From Trichoplax sp. H2 (taxonomy: Eukaryota): a stretch of DNA of 64,000 nucleotides. The notes beneath the pieces were generated by a model, which saw only the letters and a list, made by a program, of their open reading frames with translations, was not told the DNA's origin and did no database searches. The translations under genes were made by a program, and so were the position numbers. The stretch lies in contig NOWV01000138.1 of the NCBI GenBank assembly GCA_003344405.1, positions 1 to 64,000 on the forward strand, in the 5' to 3' direction. Positions 13,441-26,470 of the stretch are shown in pieces (position 1 is the stretch's first letter; the number at the start of each line of letters is the position of its first letter).

Positions 13441-14299
13441 GTAGTAATTGATTCTTGCGCGATTATTCTTGAAACCTTTATATAAAGCCTTTTAGAAAAT
13501 TCCATTTGATTGCAATGGCGAACAGATGTTTGGCTATCAGACTAAGGCGAGCCTAGAGCCTTACTAATGCAATGCTATTAAGATATAATTCCACATTCAA
13601 GACTTTTAGCCTTTCTTTATTTTATTATCCTACTGATTTAATCGCTGACTTATTGATGGACACAATACTAAATCATCTTCACTTTCATCATTTCCTTGAA
13701 TTGAAATTTTAATCTTATTTTGATACAAATCTAGTACCAGTTGCTGAAATGATTTCAGTACCACAAATACAGTATGCTGTAGATCATCAACATGGAACAG
13801 AATTCATTCGAATTGTAACCACTGATCGAATTTTGCGTCCATTGCAATGACAACATGTTGTAAGCAAAAGTGAAGTTATCCAAATGAAAAGCCAGTTGTA
13901 CAGAGAGATTAGAACATACTTACTTTTCGATATCTTACGTAATTATCGCAATGGGCGTGATTTGGGGTATTTTGTCAATACTAATTATTACAAAGTAACG
14001 AAGTCTATGCGCTCCAAGAATTTAGGAAACTGTTGGAATTAGAAGCTAGAAATGGAAAACTGAATTCAGAATAAAACATTGAACCCTTGGACAGTCTGTC
14101 CGAGTTCTATGTCATCATTCACTACAAGCTGACTGCTGACTGATAGTTTGTATTCGAAATTTCAAAAAATAAAATAACTCAATCATGCAGTAAAAATTAA
14201 AAAAACAGCAGGTGCCAATTACTCAAGGTTGTTGTGATCTATATTGGTGAAATTTTAGCCAAATTCAAAGTAAACACCTGAAAAATTGAAAGATAGAAT

Positions 14300-14680
14300 T
14301 AATGGCTACGCAATGGCGGAACAGTTTTCAACTAGTACAGTGCAGTATTGTAGAGGGCTTGCCACGCCCGTGAAAAAAATGCTCTCCATTTTTGGCTTCA
14401 ATGGGGCATAATTGAGTTATGTCACGTGTCTTTGTCAGACCATTCTTGACGTCTGATTGGCTGATAGACCACTTGGGTTGATGAACCTTCAAACCAACTC
14501 ATGTTATTGTGCGTCACTTGCGGTACAGTGGATACGTACAATGCGCCGCGATCCTGGTACTGAAGAATTCATAGTAAACCAACAACAGACTAGGATAGTA
14601 TGTACGGTAAGGTATCGCTGGTAACGTTGGCAGTGGCTTCTCCGATGGTATTTGCGTCAAGCGCTCAGGAGGGGGTGGTT
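14300..14680. promoter_or_regulatory. Promoter-like, locally GC-richer island
   Basis: CACGTG at 14423-14428, ATTGG (reverse CCAAT) ~14456, TGACGT/TGCGTCA CRE-like sites, ATGGCGG ~14313, possible donor G/GTAAGG ~14606. Confidence 0.45.
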
Positions 14681-14702
14681 GCTTAATTTAATTTAAGCAA
14701 AT

Positions 14703-15063
14703 CTATATGTATACCTACTTATTTATTATAATTATAATTATTGTAGCAAATTTCTATTGCTTACCACTTTCCATTTTGATAACGTGAAGATAACTTCTAC
14801 TCAGATAATCCAAGACAAGTCATTATATTATTCAGTGCAATAGTCCTCTTGGTAAGATCGTTTGCATTTTAGGGATGTTTTTGGTGGCAAACCTATATGT
14901 ATGCCTTCTTATATATTATAATTATAATTATTGTAGCGAATTTCTATTGCTTACCACTTTTCATTTTGATAACGTGAAGATAACTTCTACTCAGATAATC
15001 CAAGACAAGTCATTATATTACTCAGTGCAATAGTCCTCTTGGTAAGATCATTTGCATTTTGGG
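14703..15063. repeat. Near-identical direct repeat, two copies, period ~190 bp
   Basis: ctatatgtat...aacgtgaagataacttctactcagataatccaagacaagtc...ggtaagatc occurs at 14703 and 14892. Confidence 0.95.
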
Positions 15064-15229
15064 GGTTAAGCAACAGTCAATACGGTAAAAGTCAACGCTT
15101 ATTGTGCACTGATTTTCATTTTTCAATCGGGTAATGATTGTTGAAATGTAGAAAATTCCAGCTTAGTAAATGCGTCAAAGTGAAATCGTTGGGATTTTTG
15201 CAACGGTACTACTCAAGCCGTTCGTTCCA

Positions 15230-15935
15230 CTTGGATAAATGATACACGTCTGAAATTGATAATGCTTTGCTTAAAATTTTATTTTGATAATTGTATATAA
15301 TTAAGTATTAAATACACGCGGATAAATGATACAAGTCTTTTAAAAGTTATAATACTTTGCTTAAATTTTACTTTGATATTTATAATGAGTAATAGTTACA
15401 ATACTTTGCTTAAATTTTACTCTGATAATTGCAGATAGTTATTGTACAATGTACATACGCGGGTGAATGATACATATCCAAAACTTACAAAGCTTTGCTT
15501 ACATTTTACATTGATTATTATAATTAGTTTTTGTACGTACGGCAATAAATAGTACACGTATGAAAGTTACAACGCTAAGCTTAAGTTTTAATTTGATAAC
15601 TCTAATTAGTAATACAGTACTGACATTGCTTTGCTTAAATTTTACCCTGATAATTATAATTAGTTATTGTACAATATACCTACGGGGGGGGTGAACGATA
15701 CATATCCAAAAGTTACAAAGCTTTGCTTAAATTTTACTTTGATTATTACAACTAGTCGAGTACACGTTCAAATGAACGGGAACGTTTACTACACAACATA
15801 TTGCACTGAACAAGATTCAGAGCTAGGTTATCAGACTATCTATCAATCCCTTCTCAGTGTGAGATAATATGAGCTGCTTCAGTAAATTTTATTGTATACT
15901 TTGCGTAGATTCTACTTTGATAATTAGTTATTGTA
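15230..15935. repeat. Degenerate minisatellite
   Basis: Recurring ctttgcttaaattttactttgataatt core with gatacatatccaaaagttacaaag variants. Confidence 0.85.
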
Positions 15936-16559
15936 CATCCGGAATTTATTGACCCAGTGTCCTTTTCTATGATTTGGAATATTATTAACGAATACTCCAT
16001 TAATAATTTATTTTATATTTTCACTATCGAAAGATGTATTTAGTATTGCAGCCTCTCATTACGTAAGAATTCTTCCGTCATTATTCAATTAGTAGTTCAC
16101 ATTTACTCTTTCAACTGAACCTACTTTACGGTATCCTCAGTACTAATTCACCAAATGCTTTAATGGTATATTGCTGGACTAATTATTTTTGTGGGTAATA
16201 AGTTGCTAATGGTAAGTATATGAAACTAGTTAGGCTTATTTTCACAATTTTATCGTTTAAGCAGATGGTTATGCACATTTTAAGGTGCAGATTCGATACT
16301 GGTCTAGTATGTAGCACTTCTTTTATATTAGAAACATCAATCAGGCATTTGCTAGCATAGAAAACTGTAAAGATAGCGGTTACGCTAGTTATCAAAGGAG
16401 TGGATTTTAGGTAATCAATGTTCATAACACCTTTTTAACCCAACGCCAAAGAATGTCAAGCACGAAAAATCAAAAAGAATTTTTGTGATTCTTCCGTAAA
16501 ATTTGTTTAATACTTCAATCTAGATTATCCGTAAAAATAAGCAAATTGCATTCTTTTAG

Positions 16560-17460
16560 GGCAATTTTGTCTCCAAATGCTAACCGTGTTACTTCTAGTA
16601 GATTTTAGATCAACGAAATTTTAAATGAATATTGATTATCATTTTAATTTACAAACATTAAAGATTTAGTTTTCTACAACTCCTGGCAGCATGACTGTAA
16701 ATAAATAGCTACTGATTCAAATCTGGCAGCATCGTATGGCAATAGCTGTCTAATTCAAGTATAAAATTGATTCGATTAAATTTCATAAATCTCAGTCAGA
16801 TAATAACCTGCCAATTTTTCGTGGACGTTTGCTAGCTTATATCACTATAAGCTGCTTTAATACAGTAAAACCTTAGTTAAATCGATTACCAATATTTATA
16901 ATCTATAAGCCAGTACTTGCATACTTCCCCTTAATATCTACGTGTTGAATGTTTTAATTCATAATTCTGTCATCTCGCCAGCCTAATTTATTTCAGATTG
17001 ATAAATACATTATCATGATAATTGTTAACGTGTAAGGACCCATTTGGCACTACCATAGCAGGATATTTTATTTATAGGAGTAATTTCAGTCTTTTATACA
17101 AGTACGGCTTTTATTAGATGATTTTTCACTTTTAATGATGATAGAATTCCATGTAACACTATTTTTTATCAATTGGTTCGCAATAGTTGGTTTTAAGATT
17201 ACTGCATTACTAATGCAAAGGATAACTGCGGTTGGAAAACATCATTAAATAAATATTTGAGACAGCAGAAAGCATTTAAATTAGTAACTATAATTGCAAG
17301 AAGCATGCTATTTCAAAGTTAATTATGGCATTTCACTAGTCATAACATTATTTTAATGTACTTGTTTTAATCACAGTAGCAGTTCAACAAAACTTCCGAA
17401 TGGACTATTAGTTTTTCGACGGATTAAAGAAATGAAAAATTGTAGGGAACAGATATAGCC
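16560..17460 (+). pseudogene. Heavily decayed class A GPCR remnant
   Basis: Ordered motif remnants: SNLAAS (~16718, TM2), LLAYITISCFNTVKP (TM3), RQQKAFKLVTIIA (TM6), NGLLVFRRIKE (TM7/H8); many stops. Confidence 0.4.
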
Positions 17461-18019
17461 TTTTACCACTTAGTATCACAGCTTAATTAATCTTTAAAAG
17501 CTTTATTAAAGGTATTAAAAATATTAGATGATTCATAACGATATTATGTGGAAACATCTATTCTCATATTTATGTGTTTGCTAGATAAAGGTGCTTGATA
17601 CTTATAATGTTATAATTGTCGATCGTATCAGGAAGTTAGATAGTAGCTTGATTTAAAATTCGAAACATACATCCAATCCGAAGATCTTAGTTTATTTTCT
17701 GATGAGATATGTGTTTGTTAATTTTATATTCTGTAGCAATTTTAAATATTATAATTGGCCAAATTGGCATTTGACAGAAAACATATTTGCTTTTGAGAAA
17801 TCAATAAGTAGCAAGTGACTGTTCAATTCGCAATAGTAGATAAATCAGATAACCTTTAATGGGTGCTTTCATGGGAAAATCTTGTACAATTAAAAATAAT
17901 CTACTTAACTCTTACTTGATTAATATCATAAATGAATCAAAATTCTAGTATAAAAATTTTGTTAACTCGAATTAATTATTAATAGAATTAAAATAATTTA
18001 TTCATTCATTATCGATTAG

Positions 18020-18900
18020 GCAAGTCACAGATATTATTTCTAACTTATCATCTTACATTAGTTATGTCATAGTTCTACCAGAAGTTCTAGTACCTTATTA
18101 TAGATGTGGAGTGCCGGTTTAATTCAAATCTGATTAGTCGTTCGAATTATCGTTCGATAGCTTTATTTCTTCATGAATTAAGCTATACTGTTTTCTTGGA
18201 TTTTAAAAGGTCTTTACAGTTATTTCTTCATCAAGATTAATGGCAACTGCTAGTACAACGATTGTTAATGATAGCCCTCTACAAGTTTTACCATCTATAG
18301 ACCTTCCCAACCTAATACAACGCAAAGCTACTGATCATATGGTAGGTTTTCTTTTATTACAGGCAGACTGACTAATTACGGAAAAAGCCATTACTTGATT
18401 GTTACGATTCTAGTCAACGTATTTTGTAGATTAGTTTGTTGTTTTCGTAAATTGTTTATTACATTAGATGATAATCGAATGTGAATTAAATATTTTAATG
18501 ATGATATTTAACTCAGTATCAACATTACTTATTATTTCATCTTGATGAGTTGCTATTAATTAAAGTCAATTAATTGATTTAGTGGTGCTGAGCTTCTAGG
18601 TCCTAGTTGGTCATTAATTGATTTATTAAAAATTAAAGTTGTTTACTGTTGGACTCTATAGTGAGTTATATTATAAATTTTCTGTCTTATTTTATACTAA
18701 TGCAAGTAAATTGTAGAACCAGCATACTTTAGCTATACGCCATAAGTGTATTGCAATTGTATATAAGCTCATATAGCGTTTTGTTTACTCAGTTGCTATT
18801 TCTTAGTTTTGCGATAAGGTCTATACTTTTTGTGTACACTTAGAATAAAATTCATTTAGTTAAACCAGCTTCTAGCCACTCATAATACTTGTGAGTCAGT
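18020..18900 (+). pseudogene. Possible second decayed GPCR remnant
   Basis: LLMIALYKF, frameshift, TIYRPSQP resembles LIAVDRYFVIVRPFSP; flanking sequence is hydrophobic. Confidence 0.25.
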
Positions 18901-20212
18901 AGCTAGTCTAACTTTCGGCACTCCTCCTTAGTTAGTAGAAATCTTTAGGTAGCTAGTAAGGTAGTTTAATAAGATCATATACCAGAAGAGTAAATCGTGA
19001 CATTGATATATTACAAAGCATAGCAGATTCAGTGACTAAAGAAAAGTATTCGTAATATTTCTACAATAGCAATGCAATGACGAACCTTTCAATATTGTTG
19101 ATATTGGTGATATAGTCCACAAGATTAAAATGGTAAGCAGATGATAATAAACCCTGGAATATATCATGTGAAACACAGATAACCAAATTGCACATTTCCA
19201 GTTAGAAAGTGTACAACTACGCTTTAGTCTACTATAACAAAAGACATAGCATTAATCCTGAAGTCAATGCTGATATAATGTATTTATAATAACAGTATTT
19301 AACAATGTCTATTGAGATCGAAGCTTTATAGAAGTATTGATATTTCAGTAAAATAACAAGAAATATCTCAATTGTATTTTTTCTATAACTCTATAACTTA
19401 ACAATTATTCTTCATCTTCTTGATTTGGTATTACAATTATAAATGAAATTGCGAGACATAATTTGACATTTCTTTGTTAAATTTTAGTTTGTAACTGTAA
19501 AGACTTGGTAAATAATAATGCTTTCAATATTGTGCAATATATTTTACTAAAAATTCGAATTCGCAATTTCGTTAAAGATTTTTACAATTGTCAAGTATTA
19601 CTTACTATCTAGAGTTAATGTTAACTACGGTATTTAAGGTTTTTACTATTCTCAACTGGCATAGGAGGTAGGGATCGGTACAAGTGGTTAAAGTTAATAT
19701 ACAACTATCTACTAATCACCACACCCTCGATTACTTAAAAAACGGCCATGTTTTATGTTTAGACTGTCCACAGTTGTAATGTACGAGTATTGTGTGCCTA
19801 ACAATTATTATATTGTACGATAGTAGATTAGTAATAAAGTGGAATTAAGAATCGCAATGAGGTTTCCAACTTACTTAAGCGTAATCCTCGTAAAAACGAA
19901 AATTTTGGTAATAACTTTTATTACATGTCACTAAAAATTAGTCACAAGCATTAGGTCATTTTTAGCAAATGTAAGTTGGTAATGAGATCATGCTAACGGT
20001 AATCTGTAACAATAACAGGTTTATAATATATCAAATTCAGCTAATATTGAATTAAAGTACACATGCAATCGTATTAAATGTATAGCAGCTAGGAACTTAG
20101 TCATGTCCGAATTTTTCGTTGCAAAATATATACAATCTAATAAATTATTACATAGCAGATAATGCCGCAATATTTATACCCCGATTACTATTTAAGTTAC
20201 AAACCTTAAACG

Positions 20213-23200
20213 ATGAATAACTCACTTAAGATCTATGGGTGCACGGGTATTTAAGCGTCGTCAAATGAATAACAAATGCTTTAATCCCATCATACATGAT
20301 ACGTTTTCCAACAGTTGAAGTATTTGAGAACTTAAAGAGTCTTTACAAGTGAGAACTTTCAATGGCAGACAAAAGTTAAAGATTTAGTTACACTAACTAA
20401 TCGAATTGTTAACAGTATAAATGATGAAGTGCAGAATTTTGTTGATATAAACAACTTGATAGCAGATAAAAAGGCATTCACTTTTCCTGAGATGATAATG
20501 TAAAGTTACCTTCTTACATTGATATAAATATACATTTATTATTCTTGGCTATAAATCATGCAGTGGCTTTCTCTCCTGCCTCGTGTACATCCTTATTTTG
20601 GTATGTTCACATTTTAAAACTGAATCTATTCAGATTAAATTCACCTTTAAAATTAATGCATGAATTATATATACTTCTAAAAAACATATTGACTTTGCTA
20701 CTTTCATAACCAGCCCTAAAATGTAACGTTGATAGAGGATTTTTAGCCACTTTACTAGCCTTTGGATTTGGTTTTGAAGGTGTCAGTAAGGTCAGCATAA
20801 ATTTTAATTTTTAACAATTTCAGTATAGATAGTAGAATAGAATTAATCGTATCATGTTATAGTAATTATCATAACTATTTTATTAACGGATTAATTAAAT
20901 ATATCATTTTATGAAGGCTGAAATCGATACAGTTTTGAAAATGGGGGCTTCACCTGAAAAGATTATTTTTGCTAATCCATACAAGCCAATTTCTCATATA
21001 AAGTATGTTTTAATAGAGTATCATGTTTAAAGTAGAAATAAGGTAAATCGTTAATAATATGACGATTTTAATAATATCCATAGTATTATTAAAAAGCGAA
21101 TGTACATGGGCTGAGAGTAAATAAATTAATTAGACTACTTAAATAAATTCTGGGTGTTTAAGATACGCTGCTTATCAAAACGTAAATCTGATGACATTCG
21201 ACAACGTCACAGAATTATATAAGATCAAAGAGTTTTATCCAAAAGCAAGGTGAATTATTTAATACCCTCCTATTAGCCTATAGCACTATATCTCGAAATT
21301 AATACTTTTCATATAACGGCTATCAATGTGAATACATTAGGTTACTTTTACGTTTAAAATTTGATGATCCTAGATCGAAGTATGAAGTAAGTTATTATCA
21401 CTTATTTACGCACGTAGCCTAAAAAGATAGTCATGATCGTATAGTAAGTGTTTTCATGTTCCTTACGATACAGTTGGGTAAAAAATACGGCGTTGAAATT
21501 GATGAAGTTACGCATATACTACAGATAGCGCGCGAGTTACAGCTAAATGTCGTTGGAATTAGGTAAGTATATTAGCAGTATTCAATCAACTATATAGACT
21601 TAAATATTCGATTAATAATTTACAGCTATGTAAACGTTTGGTTAACTGTTTTTTTATCAGCATATAAGAATAACGCAAATTACATCTACTTATTGTTATA
21701 TAATAGCGCGTGCATACCTTCATTTATGGGATTAATAGTTGAGATTGTTATGATTACTTCATTTAGTGTCGATATTGCCTTGTCGATTAATTTATTTGAT
21801 CTATCCACTTGAATTTTCGATAGTTATCACGTCGGTGGCGGATATACCGATGCCTGTAATTTTTTGAAAGCTATAGAATTAGCTAAAACTGCCTTTAATT
21901 ATGCGGTATTCATAAATACATTGACGACTAAATTTTATGATAACATAATACTAAACATGTAGTTTAAGTTTATAATAAATGTCGAGTAGATTTTAATTCA
22001 AATACTTAACCCTCGGAATAACAGAAATCGATAGGAATTAATTTTAATGTTTTGGATATTGGTGGTGGATTTCCTGGCCAAGCAAATTCACTTTTTAAGA
22101 AAGTACGAGGATCTAAATTGACTTAGTTAATAGATCAAGAACGAAATTTTAAATATATTTAGTTTTTCAAATATTTTTGTCTAGATTTGTAGCAATATCA
22201 GCAGCGCTTTAGATAAGCATTTCCCAGTTGAAGACAACATTAGCATTATTGCTGAGCCCGGTAAAACTTCCTTTTTTAAATACCGTTTTAATCTCGATTA
22301 TGATCTAATTTAGCAATCAATTTCTATCATAAACACAGAGCCTAAGAATGGCAATTAATTATTAATCTTAGGCTTTATTATCCTCGTTTAATAGGTAGAT
22401 ATTTCGCGGAAACTGCCTTTACGTTAGTTCTTTGCGTAGCTGGCAAACGTGAAATTTATGAAATTGATCAGAAGATTCCAGTTTATAGTAAGATTCATAG
22501 GAATTATTAGGCCTCATGTAATTGTGCTTTCCAATATTGGATATTTACGGTGGAGTTAATGTGTTGTCGCAATTTAATTGATTGACAATTATAAAACGCT
22601 AGATAAAGGATGTATTAAAAAGAAATTTAGAAATGAGGCCTGTAATAAGGTACGGCAGTAATATCCAAGTCTACAATTAATTCTTGAGTGCAGTAGTAAT
22701 GCTTTGTTTTTGAAATTTTATTAAAGAAAAAGTTTGAATATTACGTCAATGACGGGCGTTATGGATCCTTTTCTGAATTTTTAATGAGCTACGGATGTCA
22801 GTATCCTCAAGTTATCGGAAAGAAATCTGAAACGTTATATTCAACTCGTCTTTGGGGACCCACTGTTAGCGGATCGGATTGTATATTTGAGGAATGCTAC
22901 CTTCCTGAAGTAAGAACTTGTTGTAATATTAAAGACGTGACTTATTGATAAAAATTTGAAAGTATTGATGAATTTGTCGACAGTTACAAGCTCAAGCGAT
23001 AGCATGTAATCAGTCTCAAAAACTTTCTGTATCATCCTTAGCTAAATATTGCTGACAATTACGTAATATTTCTATCGTAACACACTGTAGCTCGAAGTAG
23101 GGGATCTAATTTACTTTGAAGGTAAGAAAAAATTATAATCTTATCAGGAAAGAGACAATACCATAACAAATGTTTTATCGACAATCTTGATAGAAATGGG

Positions 23201-23434
23201 AGCCTATACGACAGTTTTAGGTACTAATTTTAATGGACTTACTAGACCTGTTTCATACTATGTCATTGATCAAGGGATGTGGTAAGACCAGCACTTTCGA
23301 AACTTATTAACGTTTTATCATTACCTGGATTTAGAACTTGTGAAAATCCAGCTTATAATTGAATTTTTAACAGGAACGTGGCTAAACATAAATTATTGAC
23401 AAAATTCAAGGCCGTTGATGAATACTCAGCGTAA
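20213..23434 (+). CDS. Ornithine decarboxylase / antizyme-inhibitor family protein (fold III PLP), multi-exon; 5' exons before 20564 are tentative
   Basis: GT-AG exons give WLSLLPRVHPYFALKCN, IIFANPYK, MTFDN, KKYG, SYHVGGG, LDIGGGFPG, IIAEPGRYF, YYVNDGRYGSF, WGPTVSGSD, MGAYT..GTNFNG; TAA at 23432-23434. Confidence 0.92.
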
Positions 23435-24074
23435 ATAGACACATTTAATTAGATAGAATATGAGAGTATGCATATCCACGAAGGAATTATTACTTAAGCA
23501 TATTATTAGATAAATCACAAATTACAAAGCTAAATACTGCAATGATGAGTGTTGAATTTACGCACGTTATTTCATTTATTCTTAGGTATTACGAAGTTAC
23601 AGTACAATAACAAGGCTAAGATGTAATAATTGCTCTAATGATACCTAAAATATGCAGTATTGTAAAAATAAGTCATTATAATTAGGAGATAAATTAGATG
23701 AGTACATAAAATTTAATATCAGTATGTAATCGTTCTGTAACGCCTAATATAGATGCAGAAGATTTTACTCTGTGAAATATCAGAGCCTATATCATAGACC
23801 TAAACATAATTATTGAAGTTCGCGTACCATGATTGCCAGTAGTATTATTACTGGAAGCAAATAAGCACATATTAAAGAATAAAATGATTGATTATTACTG
23901 GCTACTTTCGGAGAATTTATAATCAGCTCACGCTTCAACATTTGTATAAATCCTTATAACGAAGTACAGTGAGTGTTAATCTGATTGATAGATATGGAAT
24001 TGATAAAATTGGTAAATAATAGAATTTTATAATTAAAAGCGGATACAGTCGGTGATTATGAAGTCATATATGAG

Positions 24075-24330
24075 TATTTTGTCCTAAATATCACTAATAT
24101 TCTTCATAATCTAGCCGTAATTTATTACAATACGTCCTTATCGAATATTACTTCCTGTATTTATGATAATAGCTGATAGTGTTAGACAACAAATACCTTT
24201 TATTATCATTAATAATCATTTCCATTTCAATCTTTTATTGTAAATTTGTAAATGTTAACTCCTGCTATTTGTACAATTTGCCGCTGTAAAACTGAATGTT
24301 ACTTACATCGAAATTATTTCGTATTGAATG
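24075..24330. repeat. Dispersed copy homologous to 3860-4110
   Basis: Shared attacttcctgtatt..gataatag and cgctgtaaaactgaatgtta blocks, in the same order and orientation. Confidence 0.8.
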
Positions 24331-25923
24331 TATTATGTTTCATCCGAAATGTGAATTTCTTCCCTTCAGATTTAGTTATTTAACGTGTTACACAGATTTA
24401 ATTCCCATTAGCTTATCTAGACTTTACAGATAGCCTTACCATTTTTACAATATTATTATTGTAATATTAACATTAATATTGCAGTTCCAATTTGAAATCT
24501 CTGAAGTTGACTATATTTCCCGATTCAATTTCATAAATTTATTTTGTTAGCATGAATACAACATGTTTTCCAAACACCTTTTATTTATGTTTACTTTAGT
24601 AAACCAAAACTAAATGCAATCACGAAATGAATCCTACTTAATGCTTTAATGCAAGCACCATCGATTGATTGATCGTACCACTTCAATAGACATTTTCCCT
24701 ATCAACCTACTCTTATAATCTTCTTAACTATGTCTACAGACAAGCTCAGCAGCTGAGATACTCAGATCAATTCTCCAATCAATACTTTAACTGTATTCTG
24801 CAATGGAATACGTTTATTTCAAAGAGTATTAACACCAACATAAGCTTACTTCCTGAACGACTATCTGCTGTTATGCAGTTGCTTCTTTACTGTGCTACAA
24901 CGATATACTACCAAGGTCCAATGAGTTCAACGACTTGACCTAATACGATACCATAAATTACAAACAGATCTTGAAAGCTAAATCTTCACCTTTATTTTTA
25001 CTCATAAAATTGAATCTACGCTAAATTAAGGAGACGAATGTTGTTAATAAAGAGATGACAGAAGAGTAAATTACATCATATCTGGTGGCCATCGTGATAG
25101 AGAATAACTAAAACTCTAAAGTAATCCTGCTCAATTTATCCAACAGATTAAAAGAAAACTAGAAATAGAAGCTAGAAATCAAGGACCGATTTGAAACACT
25201 CAATCTTACGCTATTGTAAAATATTACAAAAACCATCCATGGTAGAGTCTCTCTTGAATAGCCAAAATGCAGAGAATCATGCTACAGTTCCATCTCATCA
25301 AAACGCGATAATCATTAGACAGATAGATGCAATCTTTCCTTGTTTCGGCTACAATTGAGATCTTATCATACTTACCATTGATCGGCAAGTAGTGATCATT
25401 TTGATGTTATAAGATGATGCAATTCTTGACAACGTAAAATTCTATCACGCACTAAATTAGTAAGATTGTACAGTAAAAAGGCAGGATACAAAATAAAGGA
25501 AATTTATTATGCAGACTTTCAATTCAAACTATTTCTTTATCTACGTTGAGCTGCTTTATTATTTTACACACAAGGTATATCGCAAATCTAGAATTTATAA
25601 TCCCAGCAGCAAAATTTACCTGCAATAATTTTTTTCATACTGTTAGAAAGTATTTTGTCCAATGTCGATGTAGGAAAAAACTTTATAGTAAATATTGCAA
25701 AGTTACTATTACAAACTAGATAGTATAAATGATTTAGATTTCTTCGTTCTTTTTTATGCTAATATTGTAGTCTAGCATTGAGATCATTCCGTATAATATG
25801 AACGAATGTGCACCTTTCAATCGAATTCTTTAACCGACAAGCCTTAACAGATCGCATTTTCATCGTCTATCCATCTAGATAAAAGAATTGTATTTACAAG
25901 GTGTATTATAATTATCGGACCAG

Positions 25924-26470
25924 CTATGCATGCTGGGACTTTAAATGTTGCTTAAGATCTGGCATATGCTTGGGACTATATTTGCACTTATGACATTGCA
26001 AAGGTGAAGCAAGAAAAGATTGATATAATTCCTTATTTAAGCTAATGGATTTTTTCCTTTCCAGTTCTTGTATAATATTGGTTGAAAGCAAAAAGAAGGA
26101 TGTCGTAAATGAATTCCAATGTTTTTTAGTCTTTAAACAATCTGAATTGAAATCTTGGCTGATGACATGAACATGCAATGGAGTCATACTTGGTATAGCA
26201 TGATAGCCGATCCTAAATTCCAGCTTGCCTTGATCATCATTTTTCCCTTGAATTCTGTCGATCAGCTCCTGTGCACGTTGGTGTAAATGTTTTACAAGAT
26301 GTAGATGTTGATCAGCTCGTAATTGTTGTATATTGTTAATATCATCCTTAGGCATGATTAAATAATGATGCTTAGCTTTAGGAAATTTATCTTTAATGGT
26401 GACAGTTAGATCATCTTCTTCTACTTTTAAATTAGGATCTCTGATGGAATCTTTCAACGATAGAAAGGCC
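25924..26470 (-). CDS. APTX: Aprataxin (HIT domain plus C2H2 zinc finger), main exon; upstream exon unresolved
   Basis: IKDKFPKAKHHYL, GYHAIPSMTPLHVHVISQDF, LKTKKHWNSF, CHKC...LKQHLKSQH; acceptor AG at 26471-26472. Confidence 0.93.
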
